From Camelus dromedarius (lineage: Eukaryota), in the NCBI RefSeq assembly GCF_036321535.1, contig NC_087473.1, positions 16,554,001-16,618,000 of the forward strand: DNA of 64,000 nt, written 5' to 3'. Below are positions 61,946 through 64,000 of this stretch, one piece after another (within the stretch, counting starts at the first letter, position 1; each line of letters starts with the position of its first letter). Under the pieces are notes generated by a model. The model made no database searches and had not been told where the DNA came from. It saw nothing but the letters and a program-made list of their open reading frames with translations. Both the position numbers and the translations under genes were made by a program.

Positions 61946-64000
61946 AGGAGAATTAAAAAAAAACATTTCCCCTTCTGCCTCACTTCTGTGGCTCTGCTCA
62001 TCCTGAGCTTTCTTCTTCCAATGTCCTTCCTTGTACAATCCTCCCAGCTCCTAAGGGTCTGGTTCAGACCCTTCTGAACGAAATAGTCCTTTTTTGCAAA
62101 CAGCTGAACTGAACGCTGCTTTCTCTGAATGGCCGTCAGTCCAACTGTAGGCTTCGATCGTAGCAGTTGACACAGAAGTCCGTGTGCTATTAGTGAGTGC
62201 CGGTCGGGGCGGGTCACCCTGACCGTCCCCTGCTGGCCCTGGCAAGACCGTCAGCTCCGTGGGGACAACAGTCATGACGGTGTCCACTTTGTATGTGGTG
62301 CAGGGACGCACGCCATAAGCACACAGATTGAACCATTTGACAGCTCTTTCCCTTTTTGCTTTGTGCCAGAACTTCGGGGAAGATACTGGAATTATCTCCA
62401 GTGCTTAATGAGATTTTTGCATTCTTTCAGCGTTGGGCCACACACGGTCTCTCATTTAGCCGTTTAAATTTTGTGGAAGGACCTCAAAGTGGCATGAAGC
62501 TGTTTGAATGAGTCGAGATAAACTCCTTTCTGAAGAAAGAACTTTCTTGACCTCTTAATGCTTCTTTAATACCCTGATCTTTAAATAACGTTTCTAGCGA
62601 TAATTCCATTTTCCACACACGTCGCAGAAGATCTGGGTGTCATTGGAATATAAAATCTCCATTTTCAAAATATTGCTAGGTGTTCTGTTTAACATGGAGT
62701 GATGGCTCTGTCAGGGGACCGGATCATAGATGAATGGTTTATTAAAGGAAGCAAAGGCAAACCTTGATTTATGACGTTTACTTTGCAGGAAGCTGTACGT
62801 GTTTAGCCACTTGTGAAACGTAAGAAAAATGTTGGGGATGGATGAACAATTTCCTCTCAGTCTTTGTTTACATGTCTTTCTTTATTAATTGTTCGAATGG
62901 CACAGGCAGCCTCAGTAATTCTGTCTGGCTTACAGTAAATATTTATTGTGCCTTTCTTTTTTTTTTTTTTAGAGTCTGAAAAAGTGATTTTAGAATCATT
63001 GAAGAATGTCTTTTAGTCTTGCTTTTTTCCCCACTGTCATTATTTTTTAAGAACATCGGCCCACTTCTTCAAATAGATTATCCCAAATCTCCTATATTTT
63101 CCCCCAGCTGTTTCCTGATATTTTAAGCTGCCCTGATTAATTTTCAGATCAATCCAGGAAAGTCTGCACAAACCTGCCGTACCTGAGTTTCTCTTTGAAT
63201 ACATTCTTTCCATCCTGTCTCCTTTATTCTCTGTGATGTTGCGCTGTCTAGGCCCGGTTTCAAGATGAGATATTTATTGCTAATTGGATGCCTGACAGAC
63301 GCTCTCTGTTTAAGTTCTGAGACTGGCTTTCTTCCCCTCTTGTCTCTCCTTTCAGGGATGCAGTTGATTTTCCTTTCACTGCGGTCCTCCTGTACATGTG
63401 CTGTCTGTCCCACTGGGCCCTGTCCAAGGCTAACACTGTGTATACTTCCCGGGAAGTGACAGTGCTCGGCAGCCATGTGTCACTGACACTGACTCCCCCT
63501 CATGGAGGTCTCTAGTCAGTGAGAGTCTCAGAAAGAAGAGCAGGGCTTCAGCACAAAACGTGGAAGTGGAAAAACAGATATTGGAGTCTCCCTTGAACAC
63601 CTGCCACTGCTTAAAATAAAACCGGTAATAATTTTCTTCTCGTTCCTACCTTTTCCAGGAATCACGGTGATTGTTCAAAGCTTGAAGGAGGTAACACGTG
63701 TGAAGTTAGGGATGGTACAGATAACCCATTGATTCATTCTCCCTACCCCGGTCCTTTTATCCCCCCAAGCAAATTGATGTCTTTGATGTTGAAAATATTA
63801 GTGTTTGTAAACTGACTCTCATGTATCCTCAAAATCAGGACAAACAGAGAGTGAAAAGGGGCATGACTGATAATTAGCAGGACAGCAGAGGTAAGCCAAT
63901 GTGCTCCCTGGCAAACCAGTCCAGATTTCCCCGGTGATGAACTGCCTCACTCAGCTCCCCAGAGACCAACTTCCAGATATTCTAACTGAAGTAGCTTAAA

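Noticed and set aside
568-63476. Remaining six-frame ORFs of 60-230 aa
   Set aside because: No recognisable domains apart from L1 ORF2 remnants; they are typical random ORFs in GC-rich mammalian non-coding DNA.

Overview
Mammalian genomic DNA from a gapped draft assembly (six N-runs of 135-225 nt). The tRNA(Ala)-derived SINEs and young L1 3' ends look camelid, though the species call is inference. The only protein-coding sequence I can support is the 3' half of PUDP (HDHD1, pseudouridine-5'-phosphatase, HAD family) on the + strand: exon 3 at 8637-8866, exon 4 at 27188-27364, and a 3' UTR probably ending near 28590. Exons 1-2 lie upstream of the window. The rest is intron or intergenic DNA (by human Xp22.31 synteny, the side toward NLGN4X), filled with L1, MaLR/ERV LTRs, MER20, MIR, SINEs and simple repeats. 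I found no CRISPR array, true tRNA/rRNA gene or new protein family, and no demonstrably novel system. Best leads: (1) cryptic or poison exon architectures in PUDP intron 3, including a perfect TACTAAC branch point before an AG|GT site and a GTGAGT donor directly followed by (UG)18; (2) a 45-bp minisatellite with a hairpin and a TAATCC motif in every unit; (3) an apparent AT-to-GC shift in old repeats, consistent with pseudoautosomal GC-biased gene conversion; (4) exon-like sequences downstream of the gene. Repeat subfamily names and consensus comparisons are recalled from memory and need RepeatMasker/Dfam confirmation.
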